A stretch of 64,000 nucleotides of DNA from the NCBI GenBank assembly GCA_002269645.1, contig NIVC01000538.1, forward strand, positions 186,001-250,000, written 5' to 3'. The translations under genes and the position numbers were made by a program. This DNA comes from Macrostomum lignano. Lineage: Eukaryota. Within the stretch, counting starts at the first letter, position 1; each line of letters begins with the position of its first letter. This document shows positions 49,574-62,900 of the stretch, in pieces. The notes under the pieces are model-generated. The model worked only from the letters and a program-made list of their open reading frames with translations. It was not told the origin of the DNA and searched no databases.

Positions 49574-52500
49574 CAACGGTCCCGCCAAGCCGCCAGAAGT
49601 GGCCGAATGGGCCGAGTACCGGGCGGACGATGGCCGGCCGTATTATCACAACCTGCGCACCAGCGAGACCGTCTGGGAGAAGCCGGCCCCGCTGCTAGCC
49701 TGGGAGGCCGGCGGCAAGCCGCCTGCGCCGGCCGCGGCACCGCCGCCTATTATGAAAGAGACTCAGGCGGCGGCTTCCTTGACGGCGGCTAAAGATGGAG
49801 CAGTTCCGACCAGCGTTGCCACGACTGGCGTCAGTCAGCAGGTGGCGGAGGTGGACAAGCGACAAGCGGCTGCTCAGTCTCAGCAGCAGCAGCAGGACAA
49901 GTCCCGGCCCGTGAAGAGCCAGCCGGTGCCCGGCACCCCCTGGTGTGTTGTTTGGACAGGCGACGATCGGGTGTTCTTCTTCAATCCATCCAAGCGGCTG
50001 TCGCTGTGGGACCGGCCGGAGGAGCTGGTTGGCGTCAAGGAGGTCGAAAAAATTCTCGGCAAAGGCGCGGCAGCGGAGAAGCGCGCGGCCGGCAAATCGG
50101 CCACCGGCGCGTCGGCAGCTAAAAAAAAGAAAGTCTCTTCTGCTAAGCTTGATACAAAAAAGAAGAAGAGCGCCGACGGGCAGAAGAAGAAGAAAAGAAA
50201 GCGCAGCGGCTCGGATGACGACGATGACGATGAAGAAGACGGCGAAGACGACGAGTCCGGCACCGACGAGGACGGCGACGATTCCAATGACGACGACGAC
50301 GATGACGATGACGAGGATCGAAGAAAGGCGAAGCGGCGCCGCCGGGCCGCTGCCGAGAAGAAGCGGCAGCAGCTGCAGAAGAAGCGACGCCGAGACAGCG
50401 GCAGCAGCGGCTCTAATCAGGATGACGACGACGAGGACGACGATGAGGACAAAGAAGACAAGGAGGACGAGGAGAACGAGGACCTCGGCGAAGATGACGA
50501 TGACGACAAGCCGCTGCTGGAGCGGGACAAGATTGAGCCGGGCAAGGTAAACGCGTTCGAGGCGGAGGTGCAGGCGGCGCGGGAGCGGGCCAGCCTGCCG
50601 TTGGACGCCCGGATGCAGCAGTTCCGGGAGATGCTGGCGGAGAAGCAGGTGTCAGCTTTCAGCACTTGGGACAAAGAGCTGCACAAGATCGTGTTTGACC
50701 CGCGCTATCTGCTGCTGCCCAGCAAGGAGCGCAAGCTGGTGTTCGACCAGTACATGAAGGAGAGGGCCGAGGAGGAGCGGCTGGAGAAGAACAGGAAGCT
50801 GAGGGAGAAGAAGGAGGCCTACAAAGCGCTGCTCGAGGAGGCTAAAGTTAGCGCCAAGTGAGTAGCGGATTAGTTTAGTTTATTAGTGATTTAAGGTAAA
50901 GGTCATTGGTCTAACTTTTTAAAAAGGTATATGGAAAATACCTTCCGTAAAATGCCTTTGTAAATATCAAAGTCGTTGTCGCACTACCAAAGTTGGCCAA
51001 TTTATTAGCAGACTCAAATCCAGTGTTTCACGCATCCTATCTGTACAGGTGTCGTTTTCAAAACTTATTCTGTTGAACAGAACCTTGCTTACATTGAAAA
51101 ATGAAGACACAAACACTGTTGCGAGAGTGAGAAAGTAGATCACTGTATGATTATTGGTCGGTGCCAGTCAGACTTTTGATTAAAAATACTTGAATCGATG
51201 TACATAAAAACACAAACCTATTTTCAGTGGGGGCCATCACAAGCTCGAAAAATCACATCGTCGAAAAGTTTAGCAACCACCATCACAAGCTCGAAAAGTC
51301 ACATCGTCGAAAAGTAGGGTTACGGTTTAGGGTTAGGTTAGGGGTTAGGGTTAGTGTCTTAAGGTTAGGGTTCAGGGTTAGGTTAGGGTTAGAGTTGGTG
51401 CCTTAGGATTAGGGTTAGAGCTAGAGATGGTGGTTGCTAAATCAGTTTTCGACGATGTGACTTTTCGAGCTTGTGATGGTGGTTGCTAAACTTTTCGACG
51501 ATGTGATTTTTCGAGCTTGTGATGGTGGTTGCTAAATTAGTTTTCGACGATGTGACTTTTCGAGCTTGTGATGGTCGTTGCTAAATTAGTTTTCGACGAT
51601 GTGACTTTTCGAGCTTGTGATGGTCGTTGCTAAATTAGTTTTCGACGATGTGATTTTTCGAGCTTGTGATGGTGGTTGCTAAATCAGTTTTCGACGATGT
51701 GACTTTTCGAGCTTGTGATGGTGGTTGCTAAATTAGTTTTCGACGATGTGATTTTTCGAGCTTGTGATGGTGGTTGCTAAATCAGTTTTCGACGATGTGA
51801 TTTTTCGAGCTTGTGATGGTGGTTGCTAAATTAGTTTTCGACGATGTGACTTTTCGAGCTTGTGATGGTGGTTGCTAAATTAGTTTTCGATGATGTGATT
51901 TTTCGAGCTTTTGATGGTGGTTGCTAAATCAGTTTTCGACGAGGTGACTTTTCGAGCTTGTGACTTTTCGAGCTTGTGATTGAACCCTGTTTACGACGAT
52001 GTGATTTTTCGAGCTTATGATGGCGACCCGTCTCAGTGCTCAACTGCAAAATTGCTTTAAACTGTTCTTGCTTGAGTCCAATTTATTTATTAATAGTTTA
52101 ATCAACAGCCAGTCACCCTGCAGATGACTAACCCGTTGAAAACTTAACCGTGCTTAGGAGAGTCGCAAAAAAGTCGTCCTAAATTCGTGTTAGCGCTTAA
52201 CTTTCTACCAACTCTAGTAGGCTAGTAGAGTTGTTATAAATGCGAAATGCGATTTTCATCGATAAAGTGACGCAGATGCACTTTAGACGCAACTCTGATT
52301 CCACAGCGACTCTACGACCCCAGAGTCAGTTGCGTCGCCCCAGAGTCGCAGACAATAAAACGCCTTAGTTTGACTCCTAGGCGACTTTTTGACGACTTTT
52401 TGGCGACTTGTAGTTGTAACGCGACGTCACGTCGTTTTGGAGTCGTCTAAAGTTCTTTCCTATTTTATGTTACCTGCAACGAATCTTGGGCGACGCAAGT

Positions 52501-55500
52501 GACTCTGGGACGCTACTTGGCCTCGAAACCCCTCCAAAATAACACCTATTTTGATAACACCAATAATCTTTCTAATGCTTTTTAAAGGCAGATTCTATCC
52601 CTCTGAGTTAAGTTACTTCTTCATCTGTAAATGATCTTTGGTTTTCTATTATTGGTTTCATTTAGTGCCTATATTATCGCCAACTTGCAGAACCACGTTC
52701 CAGGACTTCTCGGCCAGATGGGGCAAAGACGACCGGTTCAAGGGCATCGAAAAGGCTCGCGAACGGGAGCTGCTGTTTCACGATTACATCACGGAGGATT
52801 TGAAGAAACAGGAGAGGGAGGAGAGGCAGCGTGAGAAGGAAAAGGTGAGTCCAAATTATTGGGATAAGTTTTGTGCATTCTTAACAAACAATTTCCATGT
52901 CTGCTTGGCATAATTAACTAAGGTTTAGTAATAGTTATATGGAAGAATATGTTTGCATTCGTGTCTGGATTGCCCGGGCCTAGCTGTCAGGGAGTTGGGT
53001 CTATCTGGACTTTTGTAGAGTGGGTGGGTGTTTGAAGGAGTAGGGTGGGTATTTAAAGGAGTGGGGTGGGTGTTTGAAGGAGTGGGGTGGGTGTTTGAAA
53101 GAGTGCGTGGGTGTTTGAAGGAGGGGGTGGGTGTTTGAAGGAGTGGGGTGGGTGTTTGAAGGAGTGGGGTGGGTGTTTGAAGGAGTGGGGTGGGTGTTTG
53201 AAGGAGTGGTTGGGTGTTTGAAGGAGTGGTTGGGTGTTTGAAGGAGTGGTTGGGTGTTTGAAGGAGTGGTTGGGTGTTTGAAGGAGTGGTTGGGTGTTTG
53301 AAGGAGTGGTTGGGTGTTTGAAGGAGTGGTTGGGTGTTTGAAGGAGTGGAGTAGATGTTTTAAAGAGTGGGGTGGGTGTTTGAAGAGTGGGGTGGGTGTT
53401 TGAAGAGTGGAGTGGGTGTTTAAAAGAGTGAGGGGTGTTTGGATGTATGGGGAGAGGATTGGGATGTCTAGAAATGAGTGGCGTGTCTAGATAGAAGAGT
53501 GGATGTCTAGAGAAAGAGGAGTGGGGTGTCTAGATTAATGAGTGGGTTGTCTGGAGAGAGAGAAGTGGGGTGTTCGGAGAGAGAGGAGTGGGGTGTCTGC
53601 AGAGAGATGAGTGGGGTGTCTGGAAAGACGAGTGAGGTGTCTGGAGAGAGAGGAATGAGGTGTCTGGAGAGAGGAGTGAGGTGTCTGGAGAGAGGAGTGA
53701 GGTGTCTGGAGAGAGAGGAATGAGGTGTCTGGAGAGAGGAGTGAGGTGTCTGGAGAGAGAGGAGTGAGGTGTCTGGAGAGAGGAGTGAGGTGTCTGGAGA
53801 GAGAGGAATGAGGTGTCTGGAGAGAGGAGTGAGGTGTCTGGAGAGAGAGGAATGAGGTGTCTGGAGAGAGGAGTGAGGTGTCTGGAGAGAGGAGTGAGGT
53901 GTCTGGAGAGAGAGGAATGAGGTGTCTGGAGAGAGGAGTGAGGTGTCTGGAGAGAGAGGAATGAGGTGTCTGGAGAGAGGAGTGAGGTGTCTGGAGAGAG
54001 AGGAATGAGGTGTCTGGAGAGAGGAGTGAGGTGTCTGGAGAGAGAGGAGTGGGATATCTGGAGAAAGTTAAGCGAGTAGTTCGCAGTGCGAATTAGTTTC
54101 TGAAATCTCATTATGCGCCGAAGCTTGACGCGCCTGTCTCAAGTAAATGACGCTCAAACACCAAAGCTAGCCGAAGAATTTAATGAATAATCTATATTGT
54201 TCCTATGCACATCGAACTGCGTAGTCGCATGTGCCACTCCATTGGCTATCCTTAGTAGTAAATGTGTCACATTTTACTGATTGCTATGTTCTGTTTGTTC
54301 ATAGCGAATATTTCTGTCGCTTGAACTAACTGTATTGATTTTTTCGTTACAACAAGTTTATTGCTTTTTACACACAAGCTTCAACAACTCGCGTATTAAT
54401 AAATTAATGGATTCATGAATCGAGGAACTATGGAAGAATATTTAAATTAGTGTACTATTATGAGCATTCGTTTGCTAAATCAATTTCTGTAGTACTGTTT
54501 CTATTTCATGAGTGCATAAGTAGTAAAGACAGGATAATTTTATTTGAGACTTATTAGTTAATTTAAGAGAACAGGTTAGTAATAAATTGTATATTAGAAT
54601 TGCATATATTCATTACCAGCTGGAATACTGACTACTTTTACTAGGCTAATTTTTCAGTCCGTATTTTTTCTACTAAGAGGAATTCACCACACAGTTTTAT
54701 TTGCACTACATGTACTACTACAATGCCGGCACGCGAAATTCCAGAATGCTGTCCTAATATTGTGCGGGCATTCATAAGCATCGAGATATTTAATGGCTCT
54801 TTCATGGCAGGATTTTTCCCTAGGTACGAAAATGCCAACCAGTTATTAGGATAACTTGATGGGCCACTTGATGCATATCATTGCTTAGTGTAAAATAGCT
54901 TCTCTACTTCAGTTCAGTAGCAAGGAAGAATTTGTAAGCTTTTTTACGAAAAGAAAGACTACTGACTTGCAGACGTAAACAACTCGCTATTGGTGCGCAG
55001 TTATAAATGTACATTGGCCAGCGCTACTGAAATGTACATGGCAGGCAGATTTAGACTAGAACACCAAGGAAGGCAATAAAAACTGGGCGGTGGGGCGGGG
55101 GTAGAGATTTTTAGGGTTCAGCTGGGAGGGGGTTAAGTGAGCCAATAAACGAGCCTTTATGTGTGTGTACATGGCAGATTGGGCCTAAGGGTTAAGAGGG
55201 CTATTAAATGTGTCTCTATAGTATTCTAGGCTGTAAGCCCCAAGAAAGATTAAAAACAAGGCGGGCCAGGGGTCAATAAACGAGTCGTTCCCTAAAGTAC
55301 ATTAAAAATGTTTCTATTTGACTTTCTACTGAACTGAAAGTAGCTTACACGTAAATTTGTTAAAATCTATAGTATCTGTTGTTCCAATCCAATTTGGCAA
55401 CATCCGTTATATGACTTGCGTAGATTTGCTTTAGATTTGTAACATTATAAATTATAACGCATACGATACTTAGAGAATTTTACGCTATTCGTCATTTCCC

Positions 55501-58500
55501 ACATAGTCCCGCATGAGCAGCTTAGATAGATTTTATTAATTCAGTTATCGAACTCTTATAGGTATGATAGCTAGGACATTCGAATCTCGTAACAATCAAA
55601 CGAGTCAGTTTTATTAATCAAACAAACAAATAATTCAATTACTTACTTACGTGAGAGAAAAAAACAAGTATTAATGCTTTTATTTGCTTCTTTTATCAAG
55701 TGCTAGTAGTATGTACATCATATTCTATTTTGGTTGATTATTTGAATTCTTGTACCGTGCGTTCGTGACCCATGCCATACGCGCTCCTTGCTCCGACTGT
55801 TAAACTAAGCGAAACTAATAGCACCGCAGCTTCTCATTTGTCGCATTCCGACCCACCCTGTCTCTTTCTCTTTCTATCCAATCGCTAATATTATTGCTCA
55901 CCCGTGACGGACGAACGGCAGACATCTATGGCGCCATTGCTTGACACTGCCGAAGAGTGAAAGATGAGAAAATCAAGGTTTGTGCCACGAATCTGTCTGC
56001 ATTGCAATTCTAAGGGGCAAGAATTGGAAGTCCTGTGTTAGCATTTTACCTTTCGGGCTGCAAGCAAGCCCGGTTGAGACTTCGGAGGATCAATAAGTTT
56101 TGCTCGATTGTTCGCTTCTCTAATTCCCCTTCCAGTACTGAAGTACTAAGTTATTTGTCTCGCATTCTGAGTACTGTTTTTGAATAAAAGCCTTTTTTTA
56201 ACAAAACAAATAGGCTATAAACCAGCAAATGTGAATGTACTCCTATGTCAAGTAATGTGTACACTGCGCGTCATTCGATTTTTTATCGAGTGATATTCAA
56301 TATACACTGCGCGACAATGTACATTAGTGTCAATCAGTGTACATTGCGTGGCAATCAATGTACAGGCATATAATATTTCGTATAGTACCGTATGTACTTA
56401 AAATAAAATTTAATTATTCTTAACTTTGACAATTTTTACTGTAAAATAGATATTCTGTTTGATTTTGTGTGCACAGGTTATTATTAAAACTTTTAATAAT
56501 CGCCTGTCTGTGCTATTTCTGTGTTTGCGCGTGCCTGGCTGCAGAGGATGAGGTACTTTAATCTTCGGTCGGGTGGCTTGATTGATATTTATATCGAGTG
56601 CCCATACTGACAACTTGTCACTATCGTGTTTTGCAATCTACTTGAAATGTTGCCATTGATTGTTCTAATGTTAGTTTTGCATATTTAATAACGAAATTTA
56701 TATAATTTTTATAGGTAGATCAATCTGATTTAGGTCCTGATCATTCTGATAGTTAATAATTGCTTATATTTTCATATTTCGTTAACCAGTCATACCATAC
56801 CAGTCTCAGGTTATGTCTACCATTCTTCAGGGTATGTCTGCCATTCTTCAGGTTGTCTGCCATTCTTCAGGGAATGTCTACCATTCTTCAGGTTGTCTGC
56901 CATTCTTCAGGTTGTCTGCCATTCTTCAGGGAATGTCTACCATTCTCCAGGTTATGTCTGCAATTATTCAGGTTGTGTCTACCATTTTTCAGGTTATGTC
57001 TGCCATTCTTCAGGGAATGTCTACCATTCTCCAGGTTATGTCTGCCATTATTCAGGTTGTGTCTGCCATTCTTCAGGTTATGTCTACCAGTTTTTCAGGT
57101 TATGTCTGCCATTCTTCAGGGAATGTCTGCCATTCTTCAGGTTATGTCTGCCATTCTTCAGGTTATGTCTATCATTTTTCAGGTTATGTCTATCATTTTT
57201 CAGGTTATGTCTACGATTCTTCTGAATGTGCCTTACCATTCTTCAAGTTGGATGTCTGCCTTTGTTATTAATTTATGTCTTATAAGTATGTAGTTAACCT
57301 TATTGATATTTTATTTTTAATATTTGCTCCTTAAAAGTTTGAATCTATTTTCACGACAGCAAAGTAAATAATAAGTATTATGAAGTATAGTTACGGAGTT
57401 CTCGCTAAAAGTATTAAAACTCATTTGAGCCGAAAACAACGCTCAAATTTTTTTAGTAATTTGTTCTGAATGTAAAAGTTCGTTAAAGTTCGTTTGTTTG
57501 AGCAAAAGTTTTTTTTTGAGAAAAAAAACTTCTATGAGACATGTCTATGTCTATGTCTATGAGACAAAAAAGTGTCTCATAGACATTTGGGCCAGTTAAT
57601 ATTTATATATTTTGTACCTGATTCGGCAATCATGGGCTCCGGTTTTTGCTTGCGCGCGGTCTCGTTTGCACTTTTAAATTAATTAATTGACTACTAAAGG
57701 CTTACTAGTGCTATCTTGTGGCTATTTATACTTTACTTAGCCCCTTATGCAAGATTGATAATTTCTTAGCGCACCTGCTTTTGTGTAGTTAATTAACTCA
57801 CAAGAACGGCCTGTTCTTGATCGATTGACCAATCGCATGCCTGGTGCCTAAATGACTAGCTTGCGGCAGCTTGCCGCCATCAATAGCTTGTTTTATTGTT
57901 TTTCTTCACGCTCTATTTATTGGTTCTCGGCTGATTCATTCGGCTGTATTGGTAAGCCAGGGACCTCTGGATACAGCTGGACTGGAAGCAGGCCCGCACC
58001 CATCATAAACTATACTAGTGACCCCTGGAGCTGGACTGGAAGCAGACCCGCACCCATCCTGAACTCTACCCAGGGACCTCTAGGTAGAGTTGGACCGGAA
58101 GCAGGGGTGCACCCATCCTGAACTCTACCAGGGACCTCTAGGTAGAGTTGGACCGGAAGCAGGGGTGCACCCATCCTGAACTCTACCAGGGACCTCTAGG
58201 TAGAGTTGGACCGGAAGCAGGGGTGCACCCATCCTGAACTCTACCAGGGACCTCTGGATACAGCTGGACTGGAAGCGGCGGACCCGCGCCTATCCTGAAC
58301 TCTGCCAGGGACCTCTGGATAGAGGTGGACTGGAAGTGACAGACCCGCGCCTATCCTGAACTCTGCCAGGGACCTCTGGATAGAGCTGGACTGGAAGTGA
58401 CAGACCCGCGCCTATCCTGAACTCTGCCAGGGACCTCTGGATAGAGCTGGACTGGAAGTGACAGACCCGCGCCTATCCTGAACTCTGCCAGGGACCTCTG

Positions 58501-59473
58501 GATAGAGCTGGACTGGAAGCGGAATCTTACGGCCGAATCTCAGCTAGAACTAGAATAGAGTGCCTGCTTTCAGTTCTGGCTTATTCTTAGTCACTAGGCT
58601 GATTCAACCATGACTTGAAATGAAGCCACAGATAGAAAGCAAAATTTACATTGATGCTACTAACTAAAGTGAGTAGCTGGACTGGATAGCGTGATCAGAA
58701 AAGAAGTGTATTGTAATATTACAAAAGCCGTTGGAATTATTCAACTGTGGGAAGACAGGCAGCGTCCCTAATCAGTAGTGAAGCACTTCACCTCATTTAA
58801 TTTTAGTCTTGGCCTGCCAATAAGTTTGCCGCGTTTACAGATTGTTTTAATTTGCACGCTAATACGTTTTATTTAGAATTTGACGACTGCCTGTTGGTTG
58901 ATATTAATATCGTTTGAACTGCGAGCGTGATTAACAGCTGGCTATCAATTGAGTTTGCGTCTTTTTGTCATTCTATGACAATTATCATATTATTACGTAT
59001 AACGTACTATATATATATATACTAACTTGGCGCCCTCCAAGGCCTGGGCGTGTGTTTTTCTCTTGTACACTTCTTTTATGTGCCAAATAATTTCTTGTTG
59101 TGGACCTCACCTCGCGCACTAATCCGAATTTAATAACCCAATCCTTCCCAAATCTCGGGAGCCGTTTTGCACGTGGCGCACTGGGGGGGGACAGATTTGT
59201 CATCATCAATGCCGAATTTATAGTTAACTGTATTATTTTACCTGCTCTAGTCAGATGTCAATCTGATTTATTACTGACGTTTGTCTTCTGATGCCTTTAT
59301 TGTATTCGTACGCGCTTCAGTCTTAGCATTTCTTGCTTCAGCAACAACTCAGTGTTGCTGCTGCTGCTAGTGGAAAAGTTTAATGCTTTTATTATTGATA
59401 TCAAAGTGACTATTGATGCTTTAATTAACTAGCGATCTGTCTGTCTGTCTGTCTGTCCCTGTCTGTCTGTCCC

Positions 59474-59509
<36 letters not shown>

Positions 59510-59511
59510 CC

Positions 59512-59595
<84 letters not shown>

Positions 59596-59843
59596 CCTGT
59601 CTGTCTGTCTGTCTGTGTCTGTCTGTCTGTCTGTCTCTCTGCTGTCTGTCTTTCTGTCTGTATCTCTGTCTGTCTGTCCCTGTCTGTCTGTCCCTGTCTG
59701 TCTGTCTGTGTCTGTCTGTCTGTCTGTGTCTGTCTGTCTGTCTGTCCCTGTCTGTCTGTCCCTGTCTGTCTGTCCCTGTCTGTCTGTCCCTGTCTGTCTG
59801 TCTGTCTGTCTGTCTGTGTCTGTCTGTCTGTCTGTCTCTCTGC

Positions 59844-59886
<43 letters not shown>

Positions 59887-59922
59887 GTCTGTCTGTCTGT
59901 CTGTCTCTCTGCTGTCTGTCTT

Positions 59923-59963
<41 letters not shown>

Positions 59964-62900
59964 GTGTCTGACTGTCTGTCTGTCTGTCTGTCAGTCTGAC
60001 AGACTGTCTGACTGTTTGTGAGCCTCTATGACTTCTATCAGTTTCTATCTTTCATTAACTCAGTAAAAATGCAAAGTTTAAAAATCGTTTTGCCATTTTT
60101 CTGCACACAATATTATCTTAACGATTCAAATTGCTACAAAAGACAAGTGTGGCAAATTTGCTAGCCAAAACTCGTCCTTTGTTTTCATGCCGTGACCTAG
60201 AAGTCAGGTCGCTACTCTTCGCATTGAGACAAAAATGATGATATATTGAATTGTGTTACGTCACCAATGCAGCAATACTCTCGTAACAAAGTTTTGTATT
60301 CTTTATTAAACTGCCGAAATCATAAACTAGTTTGTAATGACAATTAGCCAGGAATGCAGGACCCAGCCTAGAATCTGCTAGTCGCATACAGTGCATGCAT
60401 TGATTATTGATACAGTTTCAGGGAGATTATCATCACGAAAGTTGCTTTCACTTCAGGCAAAGAAAATCGACTTGTTTGTTGCGTTTTTTGCATTTTTCCA
60501 GTTTCTTAATTATAATGTGCGATTTATAAAACAATACAAGTTATTTACTTTTCATTTGTATCTCCAATCCAGATGTCTGTTTCGAAGAGTTAAGTACAGT
60601 AGTGCGCTCTTTCCCTAGCAGATCATCGACCAGTTGTATTTTTAGTATTAAGAGCCAGTCAGTTTTTATGGTATATTTAATACATACGAATGACTGGTTT
60701 ATCTGCAGACTTTATAGTCGCTATCAAATATTCGTGCTAGATGTCTATGCAATTTATTTTGTTTCAAAACAATGACCTAAAATGATCTATGATTTTTGTT
60801 TAAAATGAACGAACTGGGGAACTGAGAGGGTGTAGCATTTTTGAAGCTCAGGCCATGTACATTCAGGACTCATTCTTACACCTTCCATATCGGCGGGCGC
60901 TTCGTCCTCCGGTCCACCGCTCCCGTTTTAGGCGAAGTCCGACTTCCTCAAGCTGCTGAAGGAGCAGTCGGGCCTCAGTCGGTCGTCGCGTTGGAGCGAG
61001 GTCCGCAAGACCATCGACTCAGATCCGCGCTACCGGGCAGTGGAGAGCAGCTCAAGGCGGGAGGACTACTTCAAGGATTACATCAAAGGATTGGATAGTG
61101 TGAGCTCATCAATTTGTTTGAGAATTTGTTTCTTTAAGAAGGCTTGTGTCTGGACTGGGGTCCTAGATGGCCACTACCGCTGTTTAAGTTGGGTTAGATA
61201 GGTGGGTGAAGGTAAGTAGATAATGTGAGGTAGATAAGCAGGTGAGGTAGCTAAGCAGGTGAGGTAGCTAAGCAGGTGAGGTAGATAAGCAGGTGAGGTA
61301 GATAAGCAGGTGAGGTAGCTAAGCAGGTGAGGTAGATAAGCAGGTGAGGTAGATAAGCAGGTGAGGTAGATAAGCAGGTGATGTATATATGCAGGTGAGG
61401 TAGATAAGCAGGTGAGGTAGATAAGGCGAGGTAGATAATGTGAGGTAGATAAGGCGAGGTAGATAAGGCGATGTAGATAATGTGAGGTAGATAAGCAGGT
61501 GAGGTAGCTAAGCAGGTGAGGTAGCTAAGCAGGTGAGGTAGATAAGGCGAGGTAGATAAGGCGAGGTAGATAAGGCGAGGTAGATAAGGCGAGGTAGATA
61601 AGGCGAGGTAGATAAGGCGAGGTAGATAAGGCGAGGTAGATAAGGCGAGGTAGATAAGGCGAGGTAGATAAGGCGAGGTAGATAAGGCGAGGTAGATAAG
61701 GCGAGGTAGATAAGGCGAGGTAGATAAGGCGAGGTAGATAAGGCGAGGTAGATAAGGCGAGGTAGATAAGGCGAGGTAGATAAGGCGAGGTAGATAAGGC
61801 GATGTAGATAAGGCGATGTAGATTAGGCGAGGTAGATAAGCAGATGAGGAAGATAAGCAGATGAGGAAGATAAGCAGATGAGGAAGATAAGCAGAGTGAG
61901 GTAGATAAGCGAGGTAGGATAGATAATCTAGGTAAGCAGAGGAGGCAGTTAAGGTAGGTAGATAATCCGATCCTAATCCTCTATCCTCTACCTCTATATG
62001 CTTGATCTTGTTTCATCAGAAAAGCGACCGGCACCACGGTCACCGCGGTGAAGCTTCAGAGAAGTCCAGCGCTGGTGATACCAGCACCAAAGATGGTCAA
62101 CAGAGCGGCGAGCCTGCCGCTGGCGCCTCGGCCGCCGCTTCAGACGACGAAGCCGACAATGAGGAAGCCGAAGACGAGGAGACTCGGCGCGTTCGGGAGC
62201 GCCGCGAGCGCCAAGAGGCCAGCATTAGGGAGCGCCAGAAGGCCGTCAAAGAGGAGATGGCGTCTATTCTGCGCGAGCGGGACAAGGTAAACATGTCTAG
62301 CTGATGTTCTCCTCGGGTTCGTATATATTTAATATTAAGCCGTTAGGTAGAGATGTGAGGAGATGGGGAAGATAGGGGAGAAAATGGGAAAGGTAAGGAC
62401 AGGATGGGGAAGCTGAAGGAGAGGATGGGGAAATGATGGAGAGGATAGGGAAGCTGAAGGAGAGGATGGGGAAGATGAGGGAGATGATGGGGAACATGAG
62501 GGAGAGGATGGGGAACATGAGGGAGAGGATGTGGAAGATGAAGGGAGGGTGGGGGAGTAGAAGGGAAAGATAAGGGAGAGGATATGGAAGGGTATTGAAA
62601 AATATAGAGGAGAGGGTGAGGGAGGGGATGGGAAAGATGGGGGAGGGTGGGGGAAAGGGTGGGAAAGATGGGGGAGACGATGGGAAAGATGGGGGAGAGG
62701 GTGGGGAAGATGGGGGAGAGGATGGGAAAGATGGGGAGAGGGTGGGGAAGATGGGGGAGAGGGTGGGAAGATGGGGGAGAGGGTGGGGAAGATGGGGAGA
62801 GGATGGGAAAGATGGGGAGAGGGTGGGGAAGATGGGGGAGAGGGTGGGGAAGATGGGGAGAGGGTGGGGAAGATGGGGGAGAGGGTGGGGAAGATGGGGG

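Noticed and set aside
48029-50686. Antisense ORFs over TCERG1, and likewise over NPHP4 and the KH-like gene
   Set aside because: These are shadows of GC-rich codon usage with no independent motifs.
51315-51420. Telomere or chromosome fusion scar
   Set aside because: Short, degenerate and enclosed by the TIRs of a mobile element.
52110-52530. GAGTC/GCGAC-rich segment with loose inverted symmetry
   Set aside because: Probably a degenerate MITE, but termini and TSD could not be defined.
57955-58520. CRISPR-like regular repeats (also 51431-51950 and 12304-12452)
   Set aside because: Head-to-tail units with no unique spacers, no cas genes, and a eukaryotic intronic context.
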